Shown here: in pieces, positions 24,363-38,273 of the stretch
How positions within the stretch are numbered: position 1 is the stretch's first letter
How the letters are laid out: the number at the start of each line of letters is the position of its first letter
From: Phallusia mammillata
Taxonomy: Eukaryota
Direction: 5' to 3'
DNA: 64,000 nt
Assembly (NCBI GenBank): GCA_965637545.1
Contig: OZ281499.1
Span: 13,392,001-13,456,000 of the forward strand
The notes under the pieces: model-generated
The model's input: the letters and a program-made list of their open reading frames with translations, nothing else
The model's database searches: none
What the model was told of the DNA's origin: nothing
Position numbers and translations under genes: made by a program

Positions 24363-27300
24363 AGTATTGATTTATGTATTGTCCTCTTATTGTCATGTTG
24401 TGAAAGAATGTGCTAAGTAGTACTCGGGACAGCAATTATTGAGGTGCAAGAAGCTTTAAGAGGATTATCTTCATTAAGTAGGATGGTAGGGTGGCAGGTC
24501 AACTTTGATTGTGAAAGGTGGCAGGTAGCTGCAATTGTACATAGTGGCAGGTCGACTCTTTGATGTAATTGATTTGTTAGTGTCAATGTGATATGTTCAA
24601 GTTAATGTGATACTGTTGGGTTGAATAAATACTGAAAGTGTGTTTGTACTGTGCTCTGGTCATTTCGCCAAAGAAGGGATAATAGCCCTCTTCTCTTCTT
24701 GACTGACAATGAATGCGATAGTTTAATACAATCAGCAAATAACAAAATGCGTATTACAGGTAATATTTTATTTCACAACACTTTGCCTTGTTCCTTTCTT
24801 CTCTGCTGTTCGCTACAAACACGCTCCATACGAACACAATGCTCTCGTATCAGACGCTTGCTCGTTTGCTGTCACAATGTACCCTACACAAATCCGAAAC
24901 ACGCTATCGAGTTTGCTAGCGCATGCGCAGTGATACTGACCGGCAGAATAACATCCGGTTGTTCCCAAAGATGATCTTTTTTCTGAAATAATTTTACGTT
25001 TACGGACTTAAATGGGTACAGGCTTTTTTCCAGCATCGACATGCCATTTTTAGGGTGCATATTATGCACGGGGGCGCACTATACTTGGAAAATTACGGTA
25101 AATAAAACCAAAACAGTGGCTGAGAGAGTACACCTAATTTACTGGGTACTGAAAGAGGAAGTAGCGAATCGAAAAGTTGCTTCCTTGCAAACACTGGTTG
25201 ACCGCATTGGTCACAATGACCGGCTTCGTGACCTGCGACATACCAGTTCAACAGCAGTGACGGAGTTTATTTTGCTCATTTCCGACCATCTGACTGATCG
25301 CATCGTTGCTGATGTCAAGCAAAGCCTATGCTGGGCTACCATGGTCGACTAGACAACCGATATTGCTACTTTGCAGCAATATATTACATTTGTTTAGTAT
25401 GTCAATAAAAAGGGACGCCAGGCAACTGCATTTTTGGATATCCGTCGGATAGACGCTCGCGGGGCAACTGCTGCCAACCTATTCCGACTCTGGAAAGAGG
25501 TCGCTGCTGACTACAGTCTTGATGTGGGTAAACAGGTGGCTATTGCATGCGATGGAGCTGCTGCAATGATAGGCCGCCGAAATTCCCTCTCACAGAAATT
25601 GACTGCACAAAATCCGATTACCTACACAGTGCACTGCCATGCGCATCGCTTAGCCTTGGCATGTACGGACACGGTAAAGGAGCTACAACACATCCAGGAT
25701 TGCGAACGTGGCTTAGTCCAGACGTGGAAGTACTTTTCAATTTCGCCGCTCAAGACCGCACAACTACAAGAAATGCAAACTGTTGATATTGATTCGTCTG
25801 CGCGAAAATTAGTTAAAGCCTGCCGTACTCGCTGGCTATCTCATGGTCAGGCTGTAATCGCAATGAAAGCAGAACTGCCTGCTGTACACGCTACGCTCCA
25901 ATATTTTGCTACCGAGAAGAAAGATGCACAGCAGTTGGTATTCTTCATTTAATTTGCTCCAAACGCTTTCTTTTCTCCCTTTACTTGCTGAATGCTGCTT
26001 TGGTCCATCTCAACAAGTTATCGTTGTTGTTTCAAAAAGGTAGTTTTCACTTTTCTCACATGCAGTCGGCACTTTCAATATGCAAAAAAGAGATTAGGAG
26101 CATTGCCAATTCAGATCAGGTTTTAAACAGCCTAAAACTTGACTGGGAGAAGATTTCAAAAATTTTACCAAGATCTCAAAATACACTTCTTGAAGATGAT
26201 TTTAAACTGCTGGGATTCACCACAGAAACATACTGTGAGGCACTGCTCTGTAATTTCGAAGAACGTCTCCCTGAGCCTGAGGTACTCTCTGCTTTTCGAG
26301 TCTTTGATGCTAATGAGATTCCTCTTGATACCCCTCAGCGCCAGCTTTATGGGAATGATGATCTCTCGCTGCTTATCAGAAGATTTGACATTGTTCCTGC
26401 TAGACAAACTTTGAAAGTACTAAATGACCAACAAACGTTGAAAGATAGAATGACAATGTCAGAATTTGAGTTCTGCCAAGATCCCGGTGATGTCTGCAGC
26501 AAAATTGCTCGAGACAACGTATTCCAGCAAATGTTTCCAGAGGTTCATCGACTTTGCTGCATTGCATTGTCAATTCCTCTAGCAACCGCCTGGCCAGAGC
26601 GAGGATTTTCGACTCTATGTCGTGTTAAAACCAACCAACGAAATAGGCTACTAGATATCACCCTGAATGCTCTAATCAACATTTCGATAAACGGTCCGGA
26701 GCAGCTCACTGAAGAGGATGCACAAAAGATAGCTGAGAAGTGGCAAAAAACAAAGGACCGACGAACAGTGACAGTGCGAGCATTGAAGGCGTTGGAATCT
26801 GCAAACAACGAAGAAATGGAAGCTGGCGGATGGGAACGGGATTGCGAATCTGTTTTGTTGCATGAGATAGAACCTGATAAATTTGGTCTGTGATTGTGCA
26901 CTGCCAGTAGCCTAATAAATAATTCGTTTAAACAAATATGGCTATTTTTTGGTATTTAAATGAAACACTTGCGGTCTCTTAAAACTACTTAGCGGTCATC
27001 CAAACCAAACCTTTGAAAAAAAAACTGCATGCAGGTATTCGTAAAGTATTCGAATACAGGACGCATGTATTCGACCCCCCTTTTTTTTTTTTTTTTCACT
27101 TTTTTTGCTCTGCTATGTAGAGGCCCCACCTCGCCTCAACAAGTGACGACCAACCTGGTCTTGTTAGTGTCGTCTCCTTCCTATAGGAGCTGCTCTTAAC
27201 TCTCAGGGAGCAAAAAAATTGTCAATAAAAAAATGAAAAGCAAGAAAAAGAATAAATGCACAAAAAAACAACAACATTACATAATGCGAAAAAAAGACAA

Positions 27301-29140
27301 GCGCATAGCGTTGCGATGAAGGAGAGAAGAGAAAGAAGGGTTTACAAAATTGCGATTTAAAAGTCGCAAGGTTGTGGTTAAAGGGATTAAAAATGTAATA
27401 AATATTTGATTTCTATGTTTACGCATTAGAACGTACACTTTTAAACAGGTTATGTTGCCATAACCGAAGTATTTATAGTAAGGTTTTTCGGGTTTATATT
27501 AAAGATTAGTTCAAAGTTTGTATCATCAAGGGTATTTGTAAAGTTTTTCAATTGTTCCATTAATATGTCCAAAATTTTTGCTGCCGTTCTTTTTACAAAG
27601 GGTTCGGGGAATTCTAAATATTCGTTTTTAATATCGAATTTGATTTTTTGTTTAATAATTTCCGTTCGCCAAATTGCAATCATTTTTAAAACAACTAATG
27701 GGATGTTTTTATCAAATAAGTTCAAAAGAATTAAATTTGGATTGATGTCGAATGAGATTTGGAACTGACTGGAAAGAATATATTTTATGTCGTTTAATAT
27801 TTTTTGGGGTATTATGCATTCCGTTAAGAGGTAAGAGATATTGTCGGTATTTTTTCTACAGAATTTACAGTAAAGGAGTCGGGATCTGCCGGATTTAAGC
27901 GTAAAAATTTTCTTTTCTTTAAAGAAGTCGCCCCATTTGAATGCGTTATGGATAGTAAGATAGTAAGGTAGTATTGGCGGTCGTAGTTATTAAAGTAGCG
28001 TTTAATTCCTTTTTGGTATAAAAGGGCGTTTTGCCATTTAAAGTCGGGGTTGGAAGTTGGGCTGGTTATAATTTATTTTTTCTTAATCAATTTCGTAGTA
28101 AAAATGTCTCAATTTTGCTTTGGTCCAATTAAATTCATTGTTTAAGTCGATTAAGGTTTTATAATGTTCGAAAATGTTTTGCCATTCGGGGTTTGTTTTC
28201 CATGCTGTAGGTCTATTGTGATCGAATATGGTGGGTTTAATTTGTCGCAGTTTGAAGCCTAAATTATAGAGGGCCCATTGCTGCCAAATTTCAGGGTTTT
28301 TTTCGGGTACAATGAGGTCGCGTAATTTTTCCAATTGCGTTGCGTCGATTTTAGTTTGTAAATCTGGCATTTTAATTCCACCGTTGTTAATTTGCGCGAT
28401 GAGTTTTTTCCTAGATAATTGTTCAATTTTTTTGGGATGCCAAAGGAATTGGTAGATAATATAATTAAGGTCTTTTAAGTGTTTTTGTTGCGGTGGGAAA
28501 GCCCTAGCTAAGAATAAAATTCGGGGAATTATCAGCGTATTAATTACAGATATTTTGCCGAAAAGGGATAAGTTTCTGTTTATAAATTTGGATACAATGT
28601 TTCGACTGTGATTAATAAATTCTTTCCAGTTCTTGTTTGTTTGCCAATTGTAGATTGAACATTGGATACCTAAAATTTTAACATTGTTTTTTATAAAATT
28701 TGGATAAATTCGCGTAATGTCAGATCTTAGGTTTTGGGAAAAAGAGATAATTTCAGTTTTGCTTTTGTTAATTTTTTGTCCAGATGCATAAAGTTTCATT
28801 AGTTCAAAAATTTGGTTCAGAGAAGGTTGGTTTGAGATTACAAAGGTCGAATCGTCAGCATATTGTTGTATTTTTGTTTCAATAGGGTCAATTTTAATTC
28901 CATTTATTTTCGAATTGTTGTTTGTTGTTTGAATTAAAGCTTCAGTTATGGCTACATATAAAAGCATTGACAGGCCACAACCCTTCCTCACGCCCCGTAG
29001 AATTTTAATTTCTTCCGTAAGTTTACCATTTACATTAATTTGGCTTGTTATGTTTTTGTAGAAAATTTTTATCCAATTCAGGGTATTATCGTTTATTCGT
29101 AATTTTTCCAGGACTTTGAAAATAAATTCATGGTTTAGGG

Positions 29141-29577
29141 CAGGGGTTCCCAACCGGTGGTACGCGTAGTGGTACGCGAAGGTTTTTCAAGTGGTACGCG
29201 AGTAGCTTCCGTTTTTTCACAAAAACCTGGATTCACAACTTTATATTTTGTTTATCTGGTTTTGTTTACAATTTTTTTCCTGATCCCTATTGTTACTGTT
29301 ACGTAACTATTCCTGTTGTTTCGTATCATTACGATCTTCAAAATACAGGTCATGTCAATTTTTAACAAGAAGCACAGTTGCTTTGAAAAGCCGTGCAACG
29401 CTGTGGGACAGTGGGCGTTAATTTTGTCAAATGATTGCTCTTGATAGATACTGTTTTATAGCTTAAGCTACAAATAGCGTTTGATTCGATCAAATTAGTT
29501 GTTCTGCAGGAAGTGGTACGCGTGGCAGTACAGAGCGTCCAAGTGGTACGAGATCGTAAAAAGGTTGGGAACCCCTG
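29141..29577. mobile_element. hAT MITE inserted in the RT domain of L1 copy 1
   Basis: 15-bp perfect TIR CAGGGGTTCCCAACC; 8-bp TSD GTTTAGGG. Confidence 0.95.
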
Positions 29578-32500
29578 GTTTAGGGTGTCAAAAGCTTTTT
29601 CGATATCTATTAAAACGAGGGCCAAAGGGGACGATTTTTGTTTTGCATATTCGATGATAGCTTTAATGTTGTAATGAATGTGTTGTATATATCTTTTTGG
29701 AAGGCCGCATTTTTGTTCTATTGCAATTTTATTCTTGAGTTCGTTTTGTAAGCGGTTTGCGATAGTTTTACTTGTAATTTTATAGTCCGAATTTAAAAGT
29801 GATATTGGTCGCCAATTTTTGACAAGGGTTTTATCCTGTTTTTTTGGAATTAGTTTAACGATCGCATTTTTAGATGATTTGGGGAGTTCTTTTTGAAGGT
29901 ATATATTTTGTGTCAATTCGTGAAAACTATGTTTTAGCAGGGGCCAAAATTTTTCATAAAATTCAACTGGTATGCCATCTTGACCGGGTGACGAATTGAG
30001 ATTCATAGCATTTATTGAGGTTTCTAATTCGATAAGGGTCAAAGGGGAAGTTTGGCTTAAATCGTCAGTTACATCAGTTTTAATATTACGAAGGAAATGA
30101 TTTTGCGCATTTGCTGTCGATTTACTTTTGATTTGCCATAAGTTTGCGTAGAAATTATGCACCTCGTTTATAATTTGGTCATGGTCCGTTTCCATTCTGT
30201 TATTAATATTCAGCGTTCTTATACTGGTTGCTTCTTGTTTGGTATTTTCGACTCTAAAGAAAATTTTGTCAGGTCGTTCTTCGTTTGTTACTTGTTTAAC
30301 ACGGGATCTTATTTGCGCACCTTTCATTTCTTTTTCTTGTTGGGTTTTTAGTTTCTTTTTAATTGCAACGAATTTTATATTAGCTTCAAGGTTATTTGGG
30401 TCCATTTTTCCTACAAGGTCATCGAGTTCGTTTTGGTTTTGTTCGAGGTTTTTTTTTTTTTTTTTTCTTTTCTCAATCGCGAAAGTAATTGATTTCTTTT
30501 TAATTTTGCGTTTTAATTTTTCCCACCAAGTTATGGCGTTATCTATTTCATCTTTTTCATTTTCGAAATCTAATATAAGGTTATTAATTAAAACGTTATA
30601 ATTTTGGTCGTTTAAAAGGTCCGAGTTTAATTCCCAAGAGGGTTTACCCCATTGTTTATTGAGATTGAAATTGAATGTCGTGGAGGGCGCGTAACAATGA
30701 TCGGAAAATATAAATTGGTGGTGGTCGAATTTAATTACTTTGCTTAAAAGATATGTGTTGCAGTAGATTCTGTCTAAACGGGTCGAGGATTTGTTTCCTA
30801 TTCGGGTGTAGAATTTTTTATTTGGGTAGAAGAAACGAAAGCAGTCGGTAAGTTTAAATCTTTTTATTGTTTGTCGCCAATTTAGGGTATCGCTTTTGAT
30901 TTGATACGCGGAAGTCAATGAATCAATTTTGTCGTCAAGTAGATTGAAGTCGCCGCCAAGGATTTGGGCTTGGTTTTGGTGCTTTTCTAAAACATCGTTT
31001 ATTTTATGGATATGTTCTATTCTTTTGTAGAGTGCAAGGTTTCCGGATGGGAGATATAAATTGATTAAAACTATTGGGATATTATTAAAAACAAAGGTTA
31101 ATTTTTGGATGCGGTAGTCAATTATTATTTCGTGTTGGAAATTTATATCTTGCCCAACACTTTGTTTTATTAAAATTAGGGTGCCGTCGAATTTATGTTC
31201 TTTTTGGAATGGGTTAGACCAATGAGAGTTAAAGAAATATATTAAATTGTTTTTCAAAGACCAATTTTCGAAAAAAGTTTTGTTTAATTTGTGTACTTCT
31301 TGAAACAAAAAGATATCCGAATTCGATTTACGTATGAAATTTTCAATGTGATTATAATTGCGTTCGAAACCGTTTGTGTTCAAGGATAAAATTTTTAGAT
31401 TATTGTGCGCCATGATAATTTAGAGGGGGGAGGAGGAGGAGGAGAGTGTTCTGTTTTTAGTTTTTTTAGTTTCTCTGTTGATTAAACTGTTATCGCCACT
31501 GCTGCTGCTGCTGTACTTCCGCTTTGTTCCTCCATCTTCTTCTTTGTCTTCTTGTTCTTCGCCTTTTTCTTCTTCTTTGCTTTGCTCTGCAGATTCATCT
31601 GTGTTGATTATTAAAGCTTCATTATCATCAGGAGAAGATTCGATGGGAGAGGTGTGTTCGTCAGGGCTGATAGTTGCGTTGGGAATAACTTGGGCGTTTT
31701 GGAGTGCATCTTTGTTTGGCTGAAGGGGGGTATGTAACGGAGTCTGAGGTATTTCATCCATAGAAGAGCTGGAATGTGAACCGAAAAGTAATTTTTGGCG
31801 GCGCCAACTGCAAAGAGATTTCTAAGTGTAGGACTTTGGTTTGATTGATTGCCAGATAGGTTTTGGTCGGATTTTGGTGTCTGGTTGGATGGTGAAGGGG
31901 GGTTTTCAGGTGCAGACTGCAACGCTAGTGGTGCAGAATTTATTAAGACTTCTAACGGTGGGATGTTCCTGATGGGCTGTGGTGTTCTGGTTTGAGGAAG
32001 ACTAGAATTTGAGACATCTGGAAGAGCTTCTTTTTGTTTTTCCGACTCAGGGTTTATTGGTTGGTTTAGGATTTGTGTCTTTTTTTGTTCGAAACCTGCA
32101 ATGAAGTGGGCTAAATTTTCTGGTCCTTTGTTGCTGAATTGGAAGCCAAGGGGGGTAGATTGTTTGTTCTTCTGAAATTTGTTCTGTTGCTTTTGGTTGG
32201 CATTTTTTGTAGAATTGGAGATATTTGCGCCCTGCTTTTCTATAGGCGAAGCGTATGGGCAGTCAGACAGTTTATGATCGGACGCTTCGCAGAGTTTACA
32301 TTGGTCCCTTTTTATGCATTGGTTAGACCAATGACCTCTTTGCTTACAGGTTTGGCAAACCGGACCGAATGATTCTCCCGGCTTTACGACTTGAATTGTA
32401 TGCCCAAATGCTGTTATTTCACTTTGTTTATTGGATAGTTCAATTCTTTCAAGGAATAAGTTCAGATGGCCGTTGCATATTGTAGGGAAATTTCTTTGTG

Positions 32501-32614
32501 TTAGGAATGTGTGCTTGTAGTAATTTCCCCATCCATATGTTTCGAAAATATGAATGAGATGCCTCTCGTTTATGGGGCGCCGTTTGTAAAAATATTTGTT
32601 GTCATTTCCATTCA

Positions 32615-32982
32615 GATTTACCTAAATCAAAACGGAAATGCCATTCCGCTTTAGTTAAATCAGAACGGGAATAACATTTTCATTCCGATTTAGCTAAATC
32701 AGAATGGGAATGTCATTCCGATTTAGCTAAATCAGAACGGGAATAACATTTTCATTCCGATTTAGCTAAATCAGAACGGGAATGCCATTCCGATTTAGCT
32801 AAATCAGAACGAGAGTCACATTTTCATTCCGATTTAGCTATATCAGAAAGGGAATGCCATTCCAATTTAGCTAAATCAGAACAGAAATAACATTTCCATT
32901 CCGATTTAACTAAATCAGAACGGAAATGCCATTACGATTTAGCTAAATCAGAACGGGAATGCCATTCCGATTTAGCACTGAA
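32615..32982 (+). repeat. Left subterminal array of palindrome GATTTAGCTAAATC (~11 copies, mostly alternating 33/39-bp spacing)
   Basis: Palindrome starts at 32615, 32648, 32687, 32720, 32759, 32792, 32831, 32864, 32903, 32936 and 32969 (partial). Confidence 0.9.
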
Positions 32983-33229
32983 CCATGACGAACTAAGTGA
33001 TGGACCGAACCATTATAATCAACAGGGTGTTGGGGCTTAAATTACATGCTACGTTTCTGATTTCGTTCAGAAATCAGCTGTTCATTGACAACTGTACCAT
33101 TTTATAAAAAATATAACCAAACAGGTTAGGACTGATAGTGACAAATACGGTTAAACATCAGCAATGCAGCGAACGAACGGCGTGAAAAATCTCGGTTCCA
33201 AAACCAGAAAAAAAATATTTTTATGTGAA

Positions 33230-36200
33230 CTCCCGGTGGGTGTAACATAGAAGGTACTCGTTATCACGTAGGATTTGTTTCAGTTCGTTTTTTTGGGCGA
33301 AACGATAATATGGATGCAAACCTGCAAGAGCACATAAAAAAAGCTGTAGGTGACTTTGCTGCAGCAATTATTGGTACTGTAACCAACAATTCGGATTCTC
33401 CAACATGCTCTTCCACAACTGATAAAATTGGACCAGTGACACCCAACCATGAACAACCATCAAAAGTAAACTAAATTTCAATTCTGCCATTTGATTTACA
33501 TTAGGTAACACCCATACAAAAATAAGTTATCTTTAGGCCAAACATTTTTACACTCCCAAATGGTTCTTGTTGGATTAATATCATTCAGTATTTGACACCT
33601 TAAAAATTAAAACAAATAAAAACTTTGTGCCCTGTAGGTATTTTTTGCATTTAAATGTATATAATCACTAGCATTATCATTTAAACATGTTGTACTTTAA
33701 ATTAGGTGACAAGGCCTGGTGGAAATGAAGCAACAAAGCTGTTGTTTATAGAATCTGACAGTGATGATGACGATTTTAGAAAGGTAGTTTTGTATATGAC
33801 AGTTAGTGTTTTTCATTCGGTTAATTCGGCTATTTGGGTTGGTTTTGTTGAAAAAAATAAAAATGTTTGGCAGGATTACAAACATTCACTACCCTCGTGC
33901 ACAAAACAAAGAGGATCTAGGTATGTGCCAACCGCAGTAAAAGGAGGTAGAAGACGAACAAAACCAAAAACAATGTATTACACCCGAACTATAATTTGCA
34001 TACCTGCAAATATAATGGAGCAAGTACAAAACAACTCGCACAACATTGCGTTTAAAATACCAAGAGGAAAAAACAGAAGTAAACTTGCTGCTATTGGGTT
34101 AGTTGCAAAGATTTCAATAAGTAACAGCTGGTCTGAACAGGAAGTAAGAAGAGAGATTTCAGATGTTTTCAAAAGTCAATTTACTCCATTTCAAACACCA
34201 TTATTGTCAAAAGATTTACTACAGTTTGATTATCTCAGCAATTTGCCTGGTTTGAAAGTACTTGTTAAGCCAAAAGTAAGTGAATCATTTAGATGGGATG
34301 CTGCTGCAGTGCTTTCACTCGGTAAAAGCATTATTTACGTCACTGTACAAAAAGAACACCAACTTTTGAAATCCTCCATGAATCTTTTGACAGAAAAAAC
34401 TGTTGAGGTAATATGAGTATGTAAATGTCAAATTAACAATCATAAAACAATAGGGAATGACAATTTTATAAATTTATTGCAGAAAGGTGACAAAACATGT
34501 TCAAACATTTCTTTGCATAAATATAATTCAGTTTTAGATGAAGATTTCAAGTGTGGGGTGAGCAAAACTTTCTAGTTAGATTTTCTAACATTTCAAATTA
34601 TTTTTTATTGCAAAAATATTTTGTGTTTACAGGAGTGCTCAAATACCAAACCTGGCACATGTCAGACACCTTCTTTGTACATGTAAGTGGACACTTAAAT
34701 TTATCTCTTAATTTTTTGTGGTTATTTGTAATTACTAAAATTGACTTGCACACAACAAAATAACTTCAGGTTTGTGTATTGGTTACCAAATTGCACTTAT
34801 GTTGTTAGGGATTATGTAAACTTGATATCTGAGGAAATTGATGAGGACACTCTGATTCAAGAGGCAATTGAGGCTTCATTGCTAGAAACCCCAAACAAAG
34901 ATAGGTACATGTTTCAGTGTTAGTTTTTTCGATGAGTTTGGAATTTGACACATGGTAGCAATATTTGGTACAAAGAAGGTTAATTAACTGTGTTTCTGAA
35001 GGTGCCAAGTTGAGGAATTATCTGCTCATGAGTCTATAAGGTGTATTAGAGACAGCATCGATGAAAGTCAAGTAAACTTCTTTAATGTCAATCGCCAAAA
35101 TGTTCTGGACTGTGCTGTCCGTGCCATAAAGCGAAAAAGTTTTTGTGCTAATGCAAGAATGAGTGTGAAATTTAGTGATGATATTGGCCAGTCTGAGGGT
35201 GCTGTAGATGCAGGTGGACCTACCAGAGAATTTTTAAGATTAGTAATGCAAGCTGTGGCAAACAGCATAATATTTGAAGGAAATGAAACAGCAAAAATTC
35301 TCACAAGAAATGAAACAGGTACATAATAGTACATTAGATATACCTTAGTTCTACAGTTTGTTGATTAGCAAACAACTTTGTAAAATGTGTACTTTTGTTA
35401 CGGTATATTGAAGCAAATTAAGAATGAAAAATACTACCAAATTAATAGTTGTGTTTATTTTATAGCAATTGCCAAGGACCTGTATTATGTGTATGGGTGT
35501 ATTATCTCCCTTTCAATCATTCATGGTGGGCCTGCTCCACGCTTTTTTTCCCAGTTATTGTATGATCAAGTTCTTGATAGATCAAGAAATTTTTTGGACG
35601 CTCTTGCAACTATAAATGACCCTGTCTTGTTTTCCAAGTTAACAAAAGTAAGCGCTAATTCAATTGTATAGTATTTGTATGTTAAACTGTCAACTTTGTA
35701 AGATAAATTCAACTTGTCAACAGATCAAAAATACTGATACAGTAGAGGAATTAAATGTGGCATTGTCAGATATGGATGATTTCTTGTCTATTTGTGGTTC
35801 CATTACATTTGTGAAGGACCTGTCATGCAAAAATGACATTGTTGAAAAAGCAATTAAATTTTATACAGAGGATCGCCTTACCGAGTTATTGGCCAGGTAT
35901 GGCTTAAAAGCAATGATTTATATTACTGAGACAGTAAGAGGTTTTTGTTTATTTCAAGGTTTAGACTTGGTCTAATGACACATAATTTGCTACATAAGGC
36001 AAAATTGGCACCAAATGGATTTGAGGATATTTTTCTGTGGCAAAACAATAAACCATTGAGTGGCATAGAAATTGTTGACTCAATTTTCATCAATTTAAAT
36101 CTATCAGAACCTGGAAGCAACGAAAGATGCCAGGAAAATCGGGCGGTTTCCTTCTGGAGGGATTACATACTGGATGTTGAAGGTATTCACATTCAGCACA

Positions 36201-36481
36201 TTAGCATACAACACATGACTTGTGTTTTGACTTTCATTTCAGATGGGGAATCCTTATGTTCAATAAAAGAAATTTTAATATTTGCAACTGGGGCAGATCA
36301 AGTGCCTCCTCTTGGTTTTTCTCCAACTCCATCCATTGAGTTCTCGAACGAGTCTATGTACCCTTTGGCAAACACTTGTGCGAACATATTGACTGTACCC
36401 ACAAGATACAGCAAGTATGAAAACTTCAAAGAAGCAATGGATTTTGCAATCCTGAATTCCCCCGGATTTGGTGTTGCTTAA
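33230..36481 (+). CDS. Multi-exon UIM + G2E3-type HECT ubiquitin-ligase-like gene inside the transposon; exon structure approximate, integrity uncertain
   Basis: UIM-like DEDTLIQEAIEASLLE. HECT motifs VKFSDDIGQSEGAVDAGGPTREF, SIIHGGPAPRFF, LIFATGADQVPPLGF and PLANTCAN (catalytic Cys), ending NSPGFGVA*. Confidence 0.75.
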
Positions 36482-36690
36482 CTGAAATATAACACAAATC
36501 TACCCTGATATTTTGGATCCTTTGAAATGGCTAGTTGGGTGTTCTTTTGTTTTTGATCTTTTTTAGCCAGTGCTTTTCTGGTCACTACCTGGATTTAAAC
36601 CCGAAATAAATGACATCTTGCTGGCACATTTTTGTATTGTTTTCAAAACATGCAAATCAAAAAACTGTTACATTAGTTCATGCATCAAAT

Positions 36691-37906
36691 TTACACTACC
36701 AAAGCATTGTGTTGTGTCCGGATTAAATATTCCAACGTTTTATTGACTGCATTTTTATACAAAATAATTCCATCTAGATTAGAGTTTTGCTGCAATAGGT
36801 CCTGTAGCTCACTCACACATTCATGTGGTAAATGGGGAATAGCGTCTACTTCAACAGAACTTGTACCTGGGCATACAATATCCTCACTATCTATTTTACC
36901 AGTATCGTTTAAAGTTTGCAGTTGAAGTAAATGTAAGTTAAGATGAAACAACTGTTCAGGAGTGCAATTTTTTTCAGTGGAAAGACTGTGCTTGTTCCAA
37001 GCATTAACAAACTCCTGGATTCGCTTATTAATGATGTGGCAAAACACAAAATGTAAACAAAACAAATCTGTATCATTTGTTGGGTCAAGCAAATTACTTT
37101 CTTCAAGAAAGAAAAAGTCATTGTAAAATTTATTTACAACTTGTGTGTTTATATCACGGTTGAACCTTTCAATGCGCTGGTTATGGACAGAGCTTCCAGT
37201 AATAACTGCATGATAGTTCTGATGCTTTTCTAGCATGTAATTCCACACTTGCACATTTTCTCCTCCATAGTCGGATCGAACATGTAATGGTAAACCATAT
37301 TTTGCTTCAGCTTCCTTAAACAATTTTAACACTACAGATGATCTGTTATTGGTTGAACAGTGGCAGAATGTAATGAGACGACTAAAGCCATCCATAGCTG
37401 CATGTATGACAAATTTCCATCTTATGAGCTTATGTGTTCCATCTATGTGCCAAATATAATTAGGACACGGAACAGTGTAGGTCCTTCTGCTTATTGTAGT
37501 CAGCTGTCTTGCATGGATCCCCTCGCCATCAACTCGGTGAAGACTCTGACGCAATCTTTTTCTTTGGATACGTATACCCTGTGATTGAAGATGACCCTTC
37601 ATCATTGCCTCTCCAGCTGCTGGGTGGTTTTGTTTTATGTTGCGGACTACATCATCCAACTCATTATTGGTCAACGAACTGCAAAATAAATACCCGACCT
37701 TGAGAAAATGTACTTTTTGAACCTGTGTATACACATTGATCAGATACAGTATACTCATTTAGAACCAAAACAAAGTTCATGATATACCTGTACTGATTAA
37801 TATCCACATCGTTTTCTCTCATAACCCTTTTTAGGGTTGGTCGGGAAATTTCCAAGATTTTTGTAATTGAGACTTTAAGTTGCAAAAGTTCCAACAACCT
37901 GTCCAT
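36691..37906 (-). CDS. Integrase-core DDE transposase (IS3EU-like) with an N-terminal HTH exon
   Basis: WHIDGTHKL, MDGFSR, VRSDYGGEN and HNQRIERFN; upstream exon ITKILEISRPTLKRVM (37795-37906). Confidence 0.85.
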
Positions 37907-38273
37907 CGGAACTTGCTTTTTTGGCCTTCCCTTGAAGTAGAATAAAGAAAATAAAAAAATGCTCTTGCATGGATGTTACCAAACTAACCATAATAAAATA
38001 CATGCAGGTCCGCCTCTACGACGTCCACGTTCCATATTTCTGGTTTTGGAACCGAGATTATCCACACCGTTCGTTCATTGCATTGCTAATGTTTAACTGT
38101 ATTTACCTCTCCTGACCTAATTGATTGCAATTAAATAATATGTTACAGTTGTCAACTAACAGCAGATTTCTGACCGGTTGCGAATTAGACAAACCCCGAA
38201 ACGTTGCATGTAATTTAAGTCCTTACACCCCGTTGGTTATTATGGTCCGGTCCATCACTCAGTTCGTCATGGT

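Larger units (their letters stand above)
22083..25098 (+). mobile_element. pogo/Tigger-type DNA transposon
   Basis: TA TSD (22081-22082, 25099-25100); TIR CCGTAATTTTCC extending imperfectly to ~25 bp. Confidence 0.92.
21555..26893 (+). pseudogene. ZNF862-like hAT transposase gene, split by a pogo insertion
   Basis: CLLCSKH...LDMHLSSEQH zinc finger. The frame continues across the pogo TA site (DRVL|NKTK). Motifs ACDGAAAM, VHCHAHRLAL, TRWLS and the hATC region ATAWPERGFS. Two TAG stops near 25350-25400 and a frameshift near 25930. Confidence 0.85.

Noticed and set aside
18640-27035. Terminal inverted repeats for the ZNF862-like hAT gene
   Set aside because: GCGGT-rich subterminal-like patches are present (~18920-18960, ~26965-27000), but I could not find a matching TIR pair with an 8-bp TSD, so no element boundaries are called.
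32615-32982. CRISPR-like appearance of regularly spaced palindromic repeats
   Set aside because: The intervening sequences are themselves repeated rather than unique spacers, there are no cas genes, the context is eukaryotic, and the array is mirrored at the other transposon end.
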